From a virus (taxonomy: Duplodnaviria; Heunggongvirae; Uroviricota; Caudoviricetes), in the IMG/VR virus record IMGVR_UViG_2541047691_000020, positions 1 to 5,712 of that record: DNA of 5,712 nt; one strand, 5' to 3'. The stretch's first letter is position 1; the number at the start of each line of letters is the position of its first letter. The notes below the pieces were generated by a model. That model searched no databases. It saw nothing but the letters and a program-made list of their open reading frames with translations, and was not told the origin of the DNA. The position numbers were made by a program, and so were the translations under genes. This document shows, one piece after another, positions 1 through 5,487 of this stretch.

Positions 1-537
1 ATGATGCTTACCCTAGACGAGATAGGTCAATCTGTACGTAACAATATCCAGTTGATTATTGATCATGTCGGCTTACCTCTTGCTGTTGGTCCGCTCAGTG
101 ATGATGATTACAAGATTCTGTGTGGTGGCTATGGTGAGCTTGAATGGGACTATGCGTTAAGCACCTATGGCAACTCCAGAGAAAAGTATGAGTTCTGCAT
201 AAAACTTGTTCAGCAAGGTCGGGTTCAGGGAATACCATCAGGAGCAGCAATTTGTGTTTATGGGGTTGAAGAAAACATCTTTCGTATCCATATGATCGAA
301 AGGTTTTCTAGAGAAGATGAATCTCACCCATTGAAAGGGCGCATGGTTTTACTCACTCTTATGAGTGCTTTTATATTTTGTAAAGCTGTTGAATGTAAAG
401 TTGTCCACATTGTAGAGCCAGTACCAGAACTGGTGCAGTATTACGAGTCTTTTGGTTTCCGCATGGAACAGTGCGGTTATGTGATGTCTGCAGTCATTGA
501 TGAGCTGCAGGATATCTTTCTTAAATTTGCTCAGTAG
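1..537 (+). CDS. Hypothetical protein with GNAT-fold-like (N-acyltransferase superfamily) motifs; N-terminus coincides with the window edge, so the true start is unverified
   Basis: 178-codon ORF from ATGATG at 1-6 to TAG at 535-537. The C-terminal half shows a GNAT-like pattern read by eye: 'HPLKGRMVLLTLMSAF' (P-loop-like turn then helix), 'KVVHIV' (strand), 'PELVQYYESFGFR' (helix ending in GF). It is on the opposite strand to the prophage operon and looks AT-richer (roughly 37-42% GC sampled by eye). No homology search was possible. Confidence 0.55.
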   Translation: MMLTLDEIGQSVRNNIQLIIDHVGLPLAVGPLSDDDYKILCGGYGELEWDYALSTYGNSREKYEFCIKLVQQGRVQGIPSGAAICVYGVEENIFRIHMIERFSREDESHPLKGRMVLLTLMSAFIFCKAVECKVVHIVEPVPELVQYYESFGFRMEQCGYVMSAVIDELQDIFLKFAQ

Positions 538-550
538 GTATAGACGAGAA

Positions 551-574
551 GGGTCTACAAATTGTAGGATACCC
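551..574. repeat. Imperfect palindrome with a perfect 13-bp core, ctacaaAttgtag (555-567), flanked by gggt/accc
   Basis: Base-by-base check: 555-560 ctacaa pairs with 562-567 ttgtag around centre A561; the outer gggt (551-554) pairs with accc (571-574). Confidence 0.6.
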
Positions 575-642
575 GTCCAGATTACCTTAAAGGTACATCT
601 ATGGCAGTCGTTTTGTGCTTAAACTACTAAGAAACGATGTCA

Positions 643-663
643 CCAATCGACATGATCGATTGG
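643..663. repeat. Perfect 8-bp inverted repeat with 5-nt spacer (ccaatcga-catga-tcgattgg); contains a GATC site
   Basis: 643-650 ccaatcga is the exact reverse complement of 656-663 tcgattgg. No T-tract follows, so it is not a terminator. Confidence 0.6.
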
Positions 664-679
664 CATAAGTTAGCTAAAC

Positions 680-689
680 AAGCTAGCTT
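680..689. repeat. Perfect 10-bp palindrome aagctagctt, with a nearby ttagct partial copy at 670-675
   Basis: The sequence is self-complementary over 680-689; it lies 45 bp upstream of the small-ORF start. Confidence 0.5.
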
Positions 690-733
690 TAAAGAGAGGG
701 TTAGAGACGCCTTTACTGTCTCGGGAGTTTTCT

Positions 734-907
734 ATGAAAGATCAAAAAGCAACCAAGCCACAGGTTAAGTTCGACACAATGAAAGCATTCGCAGGTATGG
801 GTGCTGCTGTTGAAGTTCTGATGAAGGCTGCTCCTAATGCGTTCACTCACGCTACTGTCTCTGGTAAAGAGCAGCAGGGTAAGCTTCGTCGTCGCAAAGC
901 AGCATGA
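734..907 (+). CDS. Small hypothetical protein, 57 aa (MKDQKATKPQVKFDTMKAFAGMGAAVEVLMKAAPNAFTHATVSGKEQQGKLRRRKAA); below the ORF-track length cut-off
   Basis: ATG at 734 is preceded by GGGAG (723-727) with a 6-nt spacer. The frame is open to TGA at 905-907 and is followed 20 nt later by a strong intrinsic terminator. It has an amphipathic central segment and a basic C-terminal tail (KLRRRK). No family recognised. Confidence 0.5.
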   Translation: MKDQKATKPQVKFDTMKAFAGMGAAVEVLMKAAPNAFTHATVSGKEQQGKLRRRKAA

Positions 908-926
908 TCATAGCTGGTGCTTTTTG

Positions 927-956
927 AAAACCCGCCTTTAGGCGGGTTTTTTCTTT
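927..956. terminator. Rho-independent terminator at the convergence point of the plus-strand cassette and the minus-strand prophage operon
   Basis: Perfect 10-bp stem aaaacccgcc (927-936) / ggcgggtttt (941-950) with loop ttta. On the plus strand it is followed by ttcttt, giving a U-rich run of about 10. On the minus strand the same hairpin is followed by only the 4 U of the stem, so it is weaker there. The stop codon of the minus-strand gene (955-957) sits in the T-tract. Confidence 0.8.
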
Positions 957-1236
957 AGTGATGTTCTTTGCCCTTCTGTTTGCCTGTTCTGACCTGTTCC
1001 CACTCGATACGTCCTTCTTCTCGTCTTTTGTCTATGTATTCCGCAAGATCCTGAATATTGATGCAACGTTTTGCTTTTTGTGATGTGCCGATGCGATATG
1101 TTGGAACGGGCAACTTACAAGCGTTTGCTTTTGCTTCTGCCGTGGCTGGACTCATGCCAAAGTACTTTTGGCTAACTGCTGAGAGTTCAATGTTAGGGGT
1201 ATTGAATTCAGCCATCAGTAAAAACAAGGTGTTCAT
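955..1236 (-). CDS. PrtN / excisionase-like small DNA-binding protein (putative recombination directionality factor or regulator), 93 aa from the ATG at 1236
   Basis: The track ORF 955..1263 begins with GTG at 1263. The in-frame ATG at 1236 is preceded by GGAG with a 6-nt spacer, so it is preferred. The sequence 'LLMAEFNTPNIELSAVSQKYFGMSPATAEAKANACKLPVPTYRIGTSQ' resembles the PrtN/phage excisionase-like HTH family as far as I recall. It is the last gene of the leftward operon, directly before the terminator. Confidence 0.6.
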   Translation of the reverse strand: MNTLFLLMAEFNTPNIELSAVSQKYFGMSPATAEAKANACKLPVPTYRIGTSQKAKRCINIQDLAEYIDKRREEGRIEWEQVRTGKQKGKEHH

Positions 1237-1272
1237 AATTTTCTCCATCAAAACCGGCTGCACCCGGGAAAA

Positions 1273-1845
1273 TCATAATTCTGTGCTGGTGGCAGGAATT
1301 AATTTCTGCCAGATAGCGGAAACATATTTTGCCTGATGACGAGCATCAGCCAGGGCGTTGTGCCGTTCGCCATCGAAAGGCATGTCCATTTTGGGGTCGA
1401 ATCCGATGGAACGCCCAAGCGTAACGATCGTGCGTACATCGTGGTCATTCCAGTATGCCCACGGGCAGATTTGTCCTGCTCGCTCATAAGCTCCACGTAA
1501 AATTACGTTGTCGAAGGTGGCCCCGTTACCCCAGACTTTTAAATATTTCGTATTGGCTGCGTGCCGGTTAATGAAATGATTTAGTTCTGAGAGAGCATCG
1601 CTGATCGACAAAGTATCATCAATACAGATTGCAGCTCGTGCTTCAGGGCTTTGTTTCAACCACCACAGGATGGTATCGCCGTCAGGTGTAGCTCCTTGCC
1701 CCATAGCACTTTCCAGGCTAACAACCGTATAGAATTCTTGTCCGATGTCTCCGGTTTCTGGAGTGAAGAACACCGCGCCAATGGAAACGATCGGTGCATC
1801 CTTATTTTTCCCCATCGTCTCAAGGTCGATCATTAAGTTGTTCAT
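1273..1845 (-). CDS. DEDDh-type (DnaQ-like) 3'-5' exonuclease, phage accessory type; 190 aa from the ATG at 1845
   Basis: Exo I motif 'MIDLETMG', Exo II-like 'WGNGATFD', Exo III 'HNALADARHQAKY' (H-x4-D). The track start at 1848 is GTG; the adjacent ATG (1843-1845) has AGGAGG 7 nt upstream. The start overlaps the upstream stop as TGATG. Confidence 0.85.
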   Translation of the reverse strand: MNNLMIDLETMGKNKDAPIVSIGAVFFTPETGDIGQEFYTVVSLESAMGQGATPDGDTILWWLKQSPEARAAICIDDTLSISDALSELNHFINRHAANTKYLKVWGNGATFDNVILRGAYERAGQICPWAYWNDHDVRTIVTLGRSIGFDPKMDMPFDGERHNALADARHQAKYVSAIWQKLIPATSTEL

Positions 1846-2417
1846 CACTTCACCTCCTGCGGTGGTTCCGGTAATTTCATCCAGTGGGTTGCCTGCTCAA
1901 TACCATTACCCGGCTTAATCGTTGCATCTCCGCGCCGAAAGGTGCTTCCGGTATAGCGTGCGGAGCATATTAGCGGTTCAACCAGAGAGCTATCGAAATT
2001 CACCGAAATAAGCACGTTCTGATTCTTTTCCGGCATTCGCTCACTACAGCTTATCCAACTATCCGGAATTACCGGAGAGTTGCCCGATAGCGCGTTCTGC
2101 AGTCGCTCCAGTTTCACGTATTCCTGAACCCTGTTTCCGTCGCATGCCCGAAGCCATTGCGCAGCCTTTTGCGCATCAGTATGAAAGGCACAAGTGCGTC
2201 CGTCATCAAATTGCATTTCGTAAAGGTCAGCAACCTGTTCAAAGTGCGTTTGTGGCAAGTTGTAAGTTTGGCTTACAGGTTCTGCTTCCAGCGATGCCAG
2301 AGCAATTCGTGCCAGTTCTTCCGCTTCTTCTGCTGGCAGTACAACGTTGCTACCAGGTCCGTATGTTTCGCGCCACTGCCTGATTGTCAGCAGTCGCTCT
2401 TTGGTAATAGTGGTCAT
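1845..2417 (-). CDS. Phage protein with C-terminal DUF551-like domain (Ead/Ea22-region family)
   Basis: 190-aa ORF with an ATG start and AAGGA about 9 nt upstream. The C-terminal 'WISCSERMPE...WMKLPEPP' matches the DUF551 pattern (W-I-S-x-x-x-R-L/M-P-E ... W-x-x-L-P-x-P) from memory. The N-terminal half is acidic and helical. Confidence 0.75.
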   Translation of the reverse strand: MTTITKERLLTIRQWRETYGPGSNVVLPAEEAEELARIALASLEAEPVSQTYNLPQTHFEQVADLYEMQFDDGRTCAFHTDAQKAAQWLRACDGNRVQEYVKLERLQNALSGNSPVIPDSWISCSERMPEKNQNVLISVNFDSSLVEPLICSARYTGSTFRRGDATIKPGNGIEQATHWMKLPEPPQEVK

Positions 2418-2427
2418 GTGTTAGTCC

Positions 2428-2691
2428 TTATCCTGCTGTACTTTCAACTGATGAGGGGAATAAAATCTTTTCATCAAATCCGGCATTCATATCATGAACA
2501 GCAACACACCAATCCATTGACGAACGATTATCAAGAGCCTCCATGATTTCATCCATGCGGCGCAGGTCATACAGGTAAATGCTTTTATCGCCAATGGTGT
2601 AAAAACCAATTTTTTTCGGTGATGGGCAGCGATCAAGAACGTCCTGTAATTCGCTCAACCATGCTTGTTCTTTTTTTGTCAAAGTTGCCAT
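2428..2691 (-). CDS. Hypothetical phage protein, 87 aa (MATLTKKEQAWLSELQDVLDRCPSPKKIGFYTIGDKSIYLYDLRRMDEIMEALDNRSSMDWCVAVHDMNAGFDEKILFPSSVESTAG)
   Basis: The ORF-track start at 2745 would overlap the upstream gene by 53 nt. The ATG at 2691 has AAGGAG 7 nt upstream and starts 1 nt after the upstream stop (TGA-T-ATG). Confidence 0.7.
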   Translation of the reverse strand: MATLTKKEQAWLSELQDVLDRCPSPKKIGFYTIGDKSIYLYDLRRMDEIMEALDNRSSMDWCVAVHDMNAGFDEKILFPSSVESTAG

Positions 2692-2692
2692 A

Positions 2693-3229
2693 TCACTCTC
2701 CTTTGATGCGAATGTCAGCGACGCGTAATGCGTGTTCCAGGTCAATCAGGTAAAGCCAACTGCCATTTTCTTTAGGTATCATGACATGTCGCTCATCTGC
2801 ATTTATCGGGTGTCCATATCGAAGGTCGTAGCGAGTCGGTAATTGAACTTCCCGCGCTTCCAGTTCAGCAATACGCTTGCACCCATCAGAGATAACTCCC
2901 TCGTAATACTCGCGCTGCTCGTTGAGTTTTGATTTTGCTGCTTCAAGCTCAACGAGCAGCTTCCCAACCGTAAGCGCAATATCCTCGTTCTCCTGGTCAC
3001 GGCGTTTGATGTATTGCTGGTTTCTTTCCCGTTCATCCAGCAGTGCCAGCACGGTTTCTGGTCCGTTCAGAAATTTGAAGGCGTTGAGCGCATCAATATC
3101 CACACCGTAATCTTTAAGTTCCTGTTCACTTAACAAATCATCATCAGCTGGCAACATTAACAGGCGTTCCATTGCCGGAATTGCACGTTCTGCCGCCTCA
3201 CGCAGTGCCTGATAGTCAATATTGCTCAT
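2693..3229 (-). CDS. Ea22-like coiled-coil protein (lambdoid 'ea' region)
   Basis: 178 aa with an ATG start. The central region is rich in heptad-like E/K/L/R runs ('ENEDIALTVGKLLVELEAAKSKLNEQREYYEGV...IAELEAREVQL'). The N-terminal 'MSNIDYQALREAAE' resembles Ea22-like prophage proteins from memory. The ORF is flanked by tight stop-start junctions. Confidence 0.7.
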   Translation of the reverse strand: MSNIDYQALREAAERAIPAMERLLMLPADDDLLSEQELKDYGVDIDALNAFKFLNGPETVLALLDERERNQQYIKRRDQENEDIALTVGKLLVELEAAKSKLNEQREYYEGVISDGCKRIAELEAREVQLPTRYDLRYGHPINADERHVMIPKENGSWLYLIDLEHALRVADIRIKGE

Positions 3230-3230
3230 G

Positions 3231-3530
3231 TCACATCACCCTGAATCCGTTGCATTTACGTAAGAAATCGCAGATATAGCTCTTCATTTTTTCATGCCAA
3301 TCCCGATCATTCCCATTGCACCAACCATCAGGTGGAGTCCAGTTTTCTATCAGAGCAGCCATTTTCTTTGCTTTCGCCGGAGTAGCTGTTGCGGTATCGC
3401 AGTAATGACGAGTGTCGATCAACGTATCCATACCATCGATATCAAGTACGCAAAACCATGTGTGATTCGGCATTTCAACAGATGGTATTTGTTGCCCACG
3501 TCGACGTTTATCAATAAGACATACAGTCAC
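3231..3530 (-). CDS. Small Cys/His-containing hypothetical phage protein, 99 aa, GTG start (positional equivalent of yfdT)
   Basis: GTG at 3528-3530 is preceded by AAGGAGG with a 6-nt spacer and overlaps the upstream stop as GTGA. Length and position after the yfdR-like gene are close to K-12 YfdT (about 101 aa as I recall), but the sequence identity is unverified. Confidence 0.65.
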   Translation of the reverse strand: MTVCLIDKRRRGQQIPSVEMPNHTWFCVLDIDGMDTLIDTRHYCDTATATPAKAKKMAALIENWTPPDGWCNGNDRDWHEKMKSYICDFLRKCNGFRVM

Positions 3531-3943
3531 TGGTTGCCTCCTTTACGAAGCTGGGCGGCGAACTCGTCGCATACGTGCGTTAAAGAGCAAATCTGGATAG
3601 CAGGATGCTCGCGCAACAATTCAACACCCTGCGCACGTACTTCAGCCAGGAAAGCGTCGGTGGCTGACATATTTCCTGTTGCCTTCATGGCCTCCAAAAT
3701 AACCAGAACGCCATCTCGCCCAACCAACACGGAGATAATCTCAGTGTTGTCGCCAACAACCTCACAGAATGCCTGAACAGCTTTACGAGCCAGCTCATTC
3801 TCCGCCGCCAGCGCCGCGCACTTGGCCTCCGCTTCAGCAAATTTACGCACCAGATACTCAGCATTTGTTTCATTCACTTTCAGATCTCGTGGTACACATT
3901 TCCCGCGAAGAAACCCTTCCATTTCGAAAACATTCATGCGCAT
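3527..3943 (-). CDS. Hypothetical phage protein, 138 aa (positional equivalent of yfdS)
   Basis: ATG at 3941-3943 has GGAG 8 nt upstream; a second in-frame ATG at 3935-3937 forms an ATGA overlap with the stop of the HD-domain gene. The protein is Ala/Glu-rich and helical. The length differs from K-12 YfdS (about 120 aa as I recall), so no symbol is given. Confidence 0.65.
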   Translation of the reverse strand: MRMNVFEMEGFLRGKCVPRDLKVNETNAEYLVRKFAEAEAKCAALAAENELARKAVQAFCEVVGDNTEIISVLVGRDGVLVILEAMKATGNMSATDAFLAEVRAQGVELLREHPAIQICSLTHVCDEFAAQLRKGGNQ

Positions 3944-4470
3944 TTGCGTAACTCCGATAACTCGTTAAAACGTTCCATAAACATCCCGTAGGCATGGCTC
4001 GGAGCCAGTGGAATCACGTTGAACATCTCTGTTGCCGGGATGCCTTCCAGTACAGGCCAGAAAGAGCCATCATCAAGCCCGAGATCGCGACGTTCGGTTG
4101 CCAGCATGATGAGATCGGCATATTTCACGGGTGTACTCATAACTGGTGGTAACCCGTATTTCTCACGGATTACGGCGTCTATTTTTTCTTCCATCCGTTT
4201 ATAGTCAGGAAGAAGGCGTTTCAGTGGCGCCGGGATGTCCTGGCAATACGCTTCTGTTGCATCATGCATTAACGCTTCAAAAGCAAATTCCTGCGGTACC
4301 AGTTGGCTGCAAAGCACCGCATGTTGGGCGACGCTGTAGAAATGTGAAAGATGTCCTGCAAAGCGACAGATATTTGAAAGAGAAACCGCGATATCGTTAA
4401 TAACGATGTCGTCTTTATTTATCCTGTCATAATAAAAATGCTTCCCGGAAAAAGTTTTAATAAATGACAT
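3934..4470 (-). CDS. yfdR: HD-domain phosphohydrolase, YfdR-like (5'-nucleotidase-type HD protein of KplE1/CPS-53-type prophages), 178 aa
   Basis: HD signature: 'SVAQHAVLCSQL' (first His), 'EALMHDATEAYCQD' (HD dyad plus downstream Asp). The track start (4497) is GTG; the ATG at 4468-4470 has GGAG 7 nt upstream and gives 178 aa, which matches the length I recall for E. coli K-12 YfdR. A YfdQ-like 274-aa gene is immediately upstream. Confidence 0.8.
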   Translation of the reverse strand: MSFIKTFSGKHFYYDRINKDDIVINDIAVSLSNICRFAGHLSHFYSVAQHAVLCSQLVPQEFAFEALMHDATEAYCQDIPAPLKRLLPDYKRMEEKIDAVIREKYGLPPVMSTPVKYADLIMLATERRDLGLDDGSFWPVLEGIPATEMFNVIPLAPSHAYGMFMERFNELSELRKCA

Positions 4471-4563
4471 TTTGTTCTCCACGTATATGCGCTGCACCGC
4501 GCTGAATTCTGGTAAAAGGAAGCCCTCACCATCTGGCGATTATTGAGTCAATTACGTTTCCAT

Positions 4564-4585
4564 AAATGCCCCCGCAGGGGCATTT
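4564..4585. other. Perfect GC-rich stem-loop (9-bp stem aaatgcccc/ggggcattt, loop cgca) in the 100-nt gap between the yfdQ-like and yfdR-like genes
   Basis: Checked base by base. On the minus-strand transcript it is followed by only UUU then AUGG, so it is not a canonical intrinsic terminator. Confidence 0.5.
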
Positions 4586-4597
4586 GCAGTAATGAAA

Positions 4598-5422
4598 TCA
4601 GGCGGTGAAAGTACCAATAAAGGTTTCTACTTTGCTGTCTTTGAATTTCTCAACAAGCAGATCACGAAATTCGTTAGCCATTTCTTCCTGCACCGCTTCC
4701 AGCTGAATAATGCGCAGAACCAGTACAGGACGATCACCAGTGATAATGCTGAGGCGTAATTTAAACGGACGTTCTTTCAGGCCTTCAAACGGAACGCATT
4801 TAAACTCAAATGCTACTGGCATAATGTCTTTGGTTTTCGCTTCGACAGACTCCATCAAAGAGCGTTTGCCGCTGAAGTCATTATCTTCAAAATCAGCGGT
4901 CTGGTTTGCTTCAATCGTGATTTTACGGACTGCCGCAGCCGCTTTTGTTGCCTTAATAGCGTCACCATTAGCATCAAAGCCCACAAGATAGTCGGCCCAG
5001 TCTTCAATCCATTCTGCCAGTGACTTCTGGGAGTTACGCTCGCCATTAACAGACAGCAGGGCAGAGAACGGTGCTGTCTTTTTCAGTTTGAGAGTGGCGG
5101 TGTTATCTGCGTGACCTGGTTCATCAATAGTACCCAGGTTAAGCACACTGATGGCTCGCATATTATCGGCATCGATAAAGCAGCGGGTGCCTTCATCTGC
5201 AAGATCTTTAGAATAACGGGTAAAGTCATCGATGCTGGCAGTGGAAAGCGCACCACGGAAACGGAAGCGATTTAAATTAAATTTTTCCAGATCATGAATG
5301 CGGAAATTCTCAGGCAATGCCACAGCATCGGCACCAATCTTACTGATAATTTCATTAACACCCTGAGCAGAAATAAGGGCATGGATTTGATTAATTGCGG
5401 TTGCGTCTAAGTTCTGAGACAT
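4598..5422 (-). CDS. yfdQ: YfdQ-like uncharacterised prophage protein, 274 aa
   Basis: ATG at 5420-5422 with GAGGA about 7 nt upstream. The 274-aa length and the immediate downstream 178-aa HD-domain gene match the yfdQ-yfdR arrangement of E. coli K-12 CPS-53 as I recall it. No catalytic motif recognised. Confidence 0.75.
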   Translation of the reverse strand: MSQNLDATAINQIHALISAQGVNEIISKIGADAVALPENFRIHDLEKFNLNRFRFRGALSTASIDDFTRYSKDLADEGTRCFIDADNMRAISVLNLGTIDEPGHADNTATLKLKKTAPFSALLSVNGERNSQKSLAEWIEDWADYLVGFDANGDAIKATKAAAAVRKITIEANQTADFEDNDFSGKRSLMESVEAKTKDIMPVAFEFKCVPFEGLKERPFKLRLSIITGDRPVLVLRIIQLEAVQEEMANEFRDLLVEKFKDSKVETFIGTFTA

Positions 5423-5487
5423 AATAAGTCCTCACTATATTAAGATATTCAGTGATGAGATAAATAATCAGTTAATTAAGAACGATA

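Noticed and set aside
601-630. 9-codon mini-ORF (MAVVLCLNY) in the spacer
   Set aside because: Too short and with only a weak AAGG upstream; no evidence that it is a leader peptide.
538-733. Retron msr/msd or ToxIN-type tandem repeat RNA
   Set aside because: There is no reverse transcriptase or endoribonuclease toxin gene adjacent and no tandem direct repeats; the palindromes are short and isolated.
538-955. tRNA gene or tRNA-derived att core at the putative prophage end
   Set aside because: I found no cloverleaf-compatible sequence or tRNA 3'-end-like motif by eye; this cannot be excluded without a tRNA scan or comparison with an empty site.
1058-1336. Plus-strand 92-aa ORF
   Set aside because: Lies entirely antisense to the PrtN-like and exonuclease genes, with no SD and low-complexity hydrophobic translation; a shadow ORF.
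1299-1496. Minus-strand 65-aa ORF in an alternate frame
   Set aside because: Nested inside the exonuclease CDS in another frame; the exonuclease frame carries the catalytic motifs.
1651-1836. Plus-strand 61-aa ORF
   Set aside because: Antisense to the exonuclease gene; no ribosome-binding site.
2144-2546. Two overlapping plus-strand ORFs (79 aa and 129 aa)
   Set aside because: Antisense to the DUF551 gene and the 87-aa gene; Cys/Phe/Leu-rich translations typical of shadow frames.
2803-3110. Minus 77-aa and plus 62-aa Ser-rich ORFs inside the Ea22-like gene
   Set aside because: Alternate or antisense frames of a Glu/Lys/Leu-rich coiled-coil coding region; a Ser/Leu-rich antisense frame is the expected artefact of GAA/GAG/AAG-rich codons.
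3231-3530. Zinc-finger assignment for the 99-aa Cys/His-containing protein
   Set aside because: The Cys/His spacing (C4, C27, C44, C71, C87, C93 with scattered His) does not match a recognisable CxxC-type motif.
3294-3951. Plus-strand 160-aa and 60-aa ORFs and a minus-strand 62-aa ORF
   Set aside because: They overlap the two small minus-strand phage genes, which have strong SD sites and coupled junctions; the alternative ORFs lack both.
4019-4400. Plus-strand 61-aa and 84-aa ORFs
   Set aside because: Antisense to the HD-domain gene, whose frame carries the H...HD...D signature.
4564-4585. Hairpin as a canonical rho-independent terminator
   Set aside because: There is no U-tract on either strand after the stem (UUU then A on minus, GCAG on plus); kept only as a structured element.
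4710-5046. Plus 93-aa and minus 63-aa ORFs
   Set aside because: Inside or antisense to the yfdQ-like CDS; no start signals.
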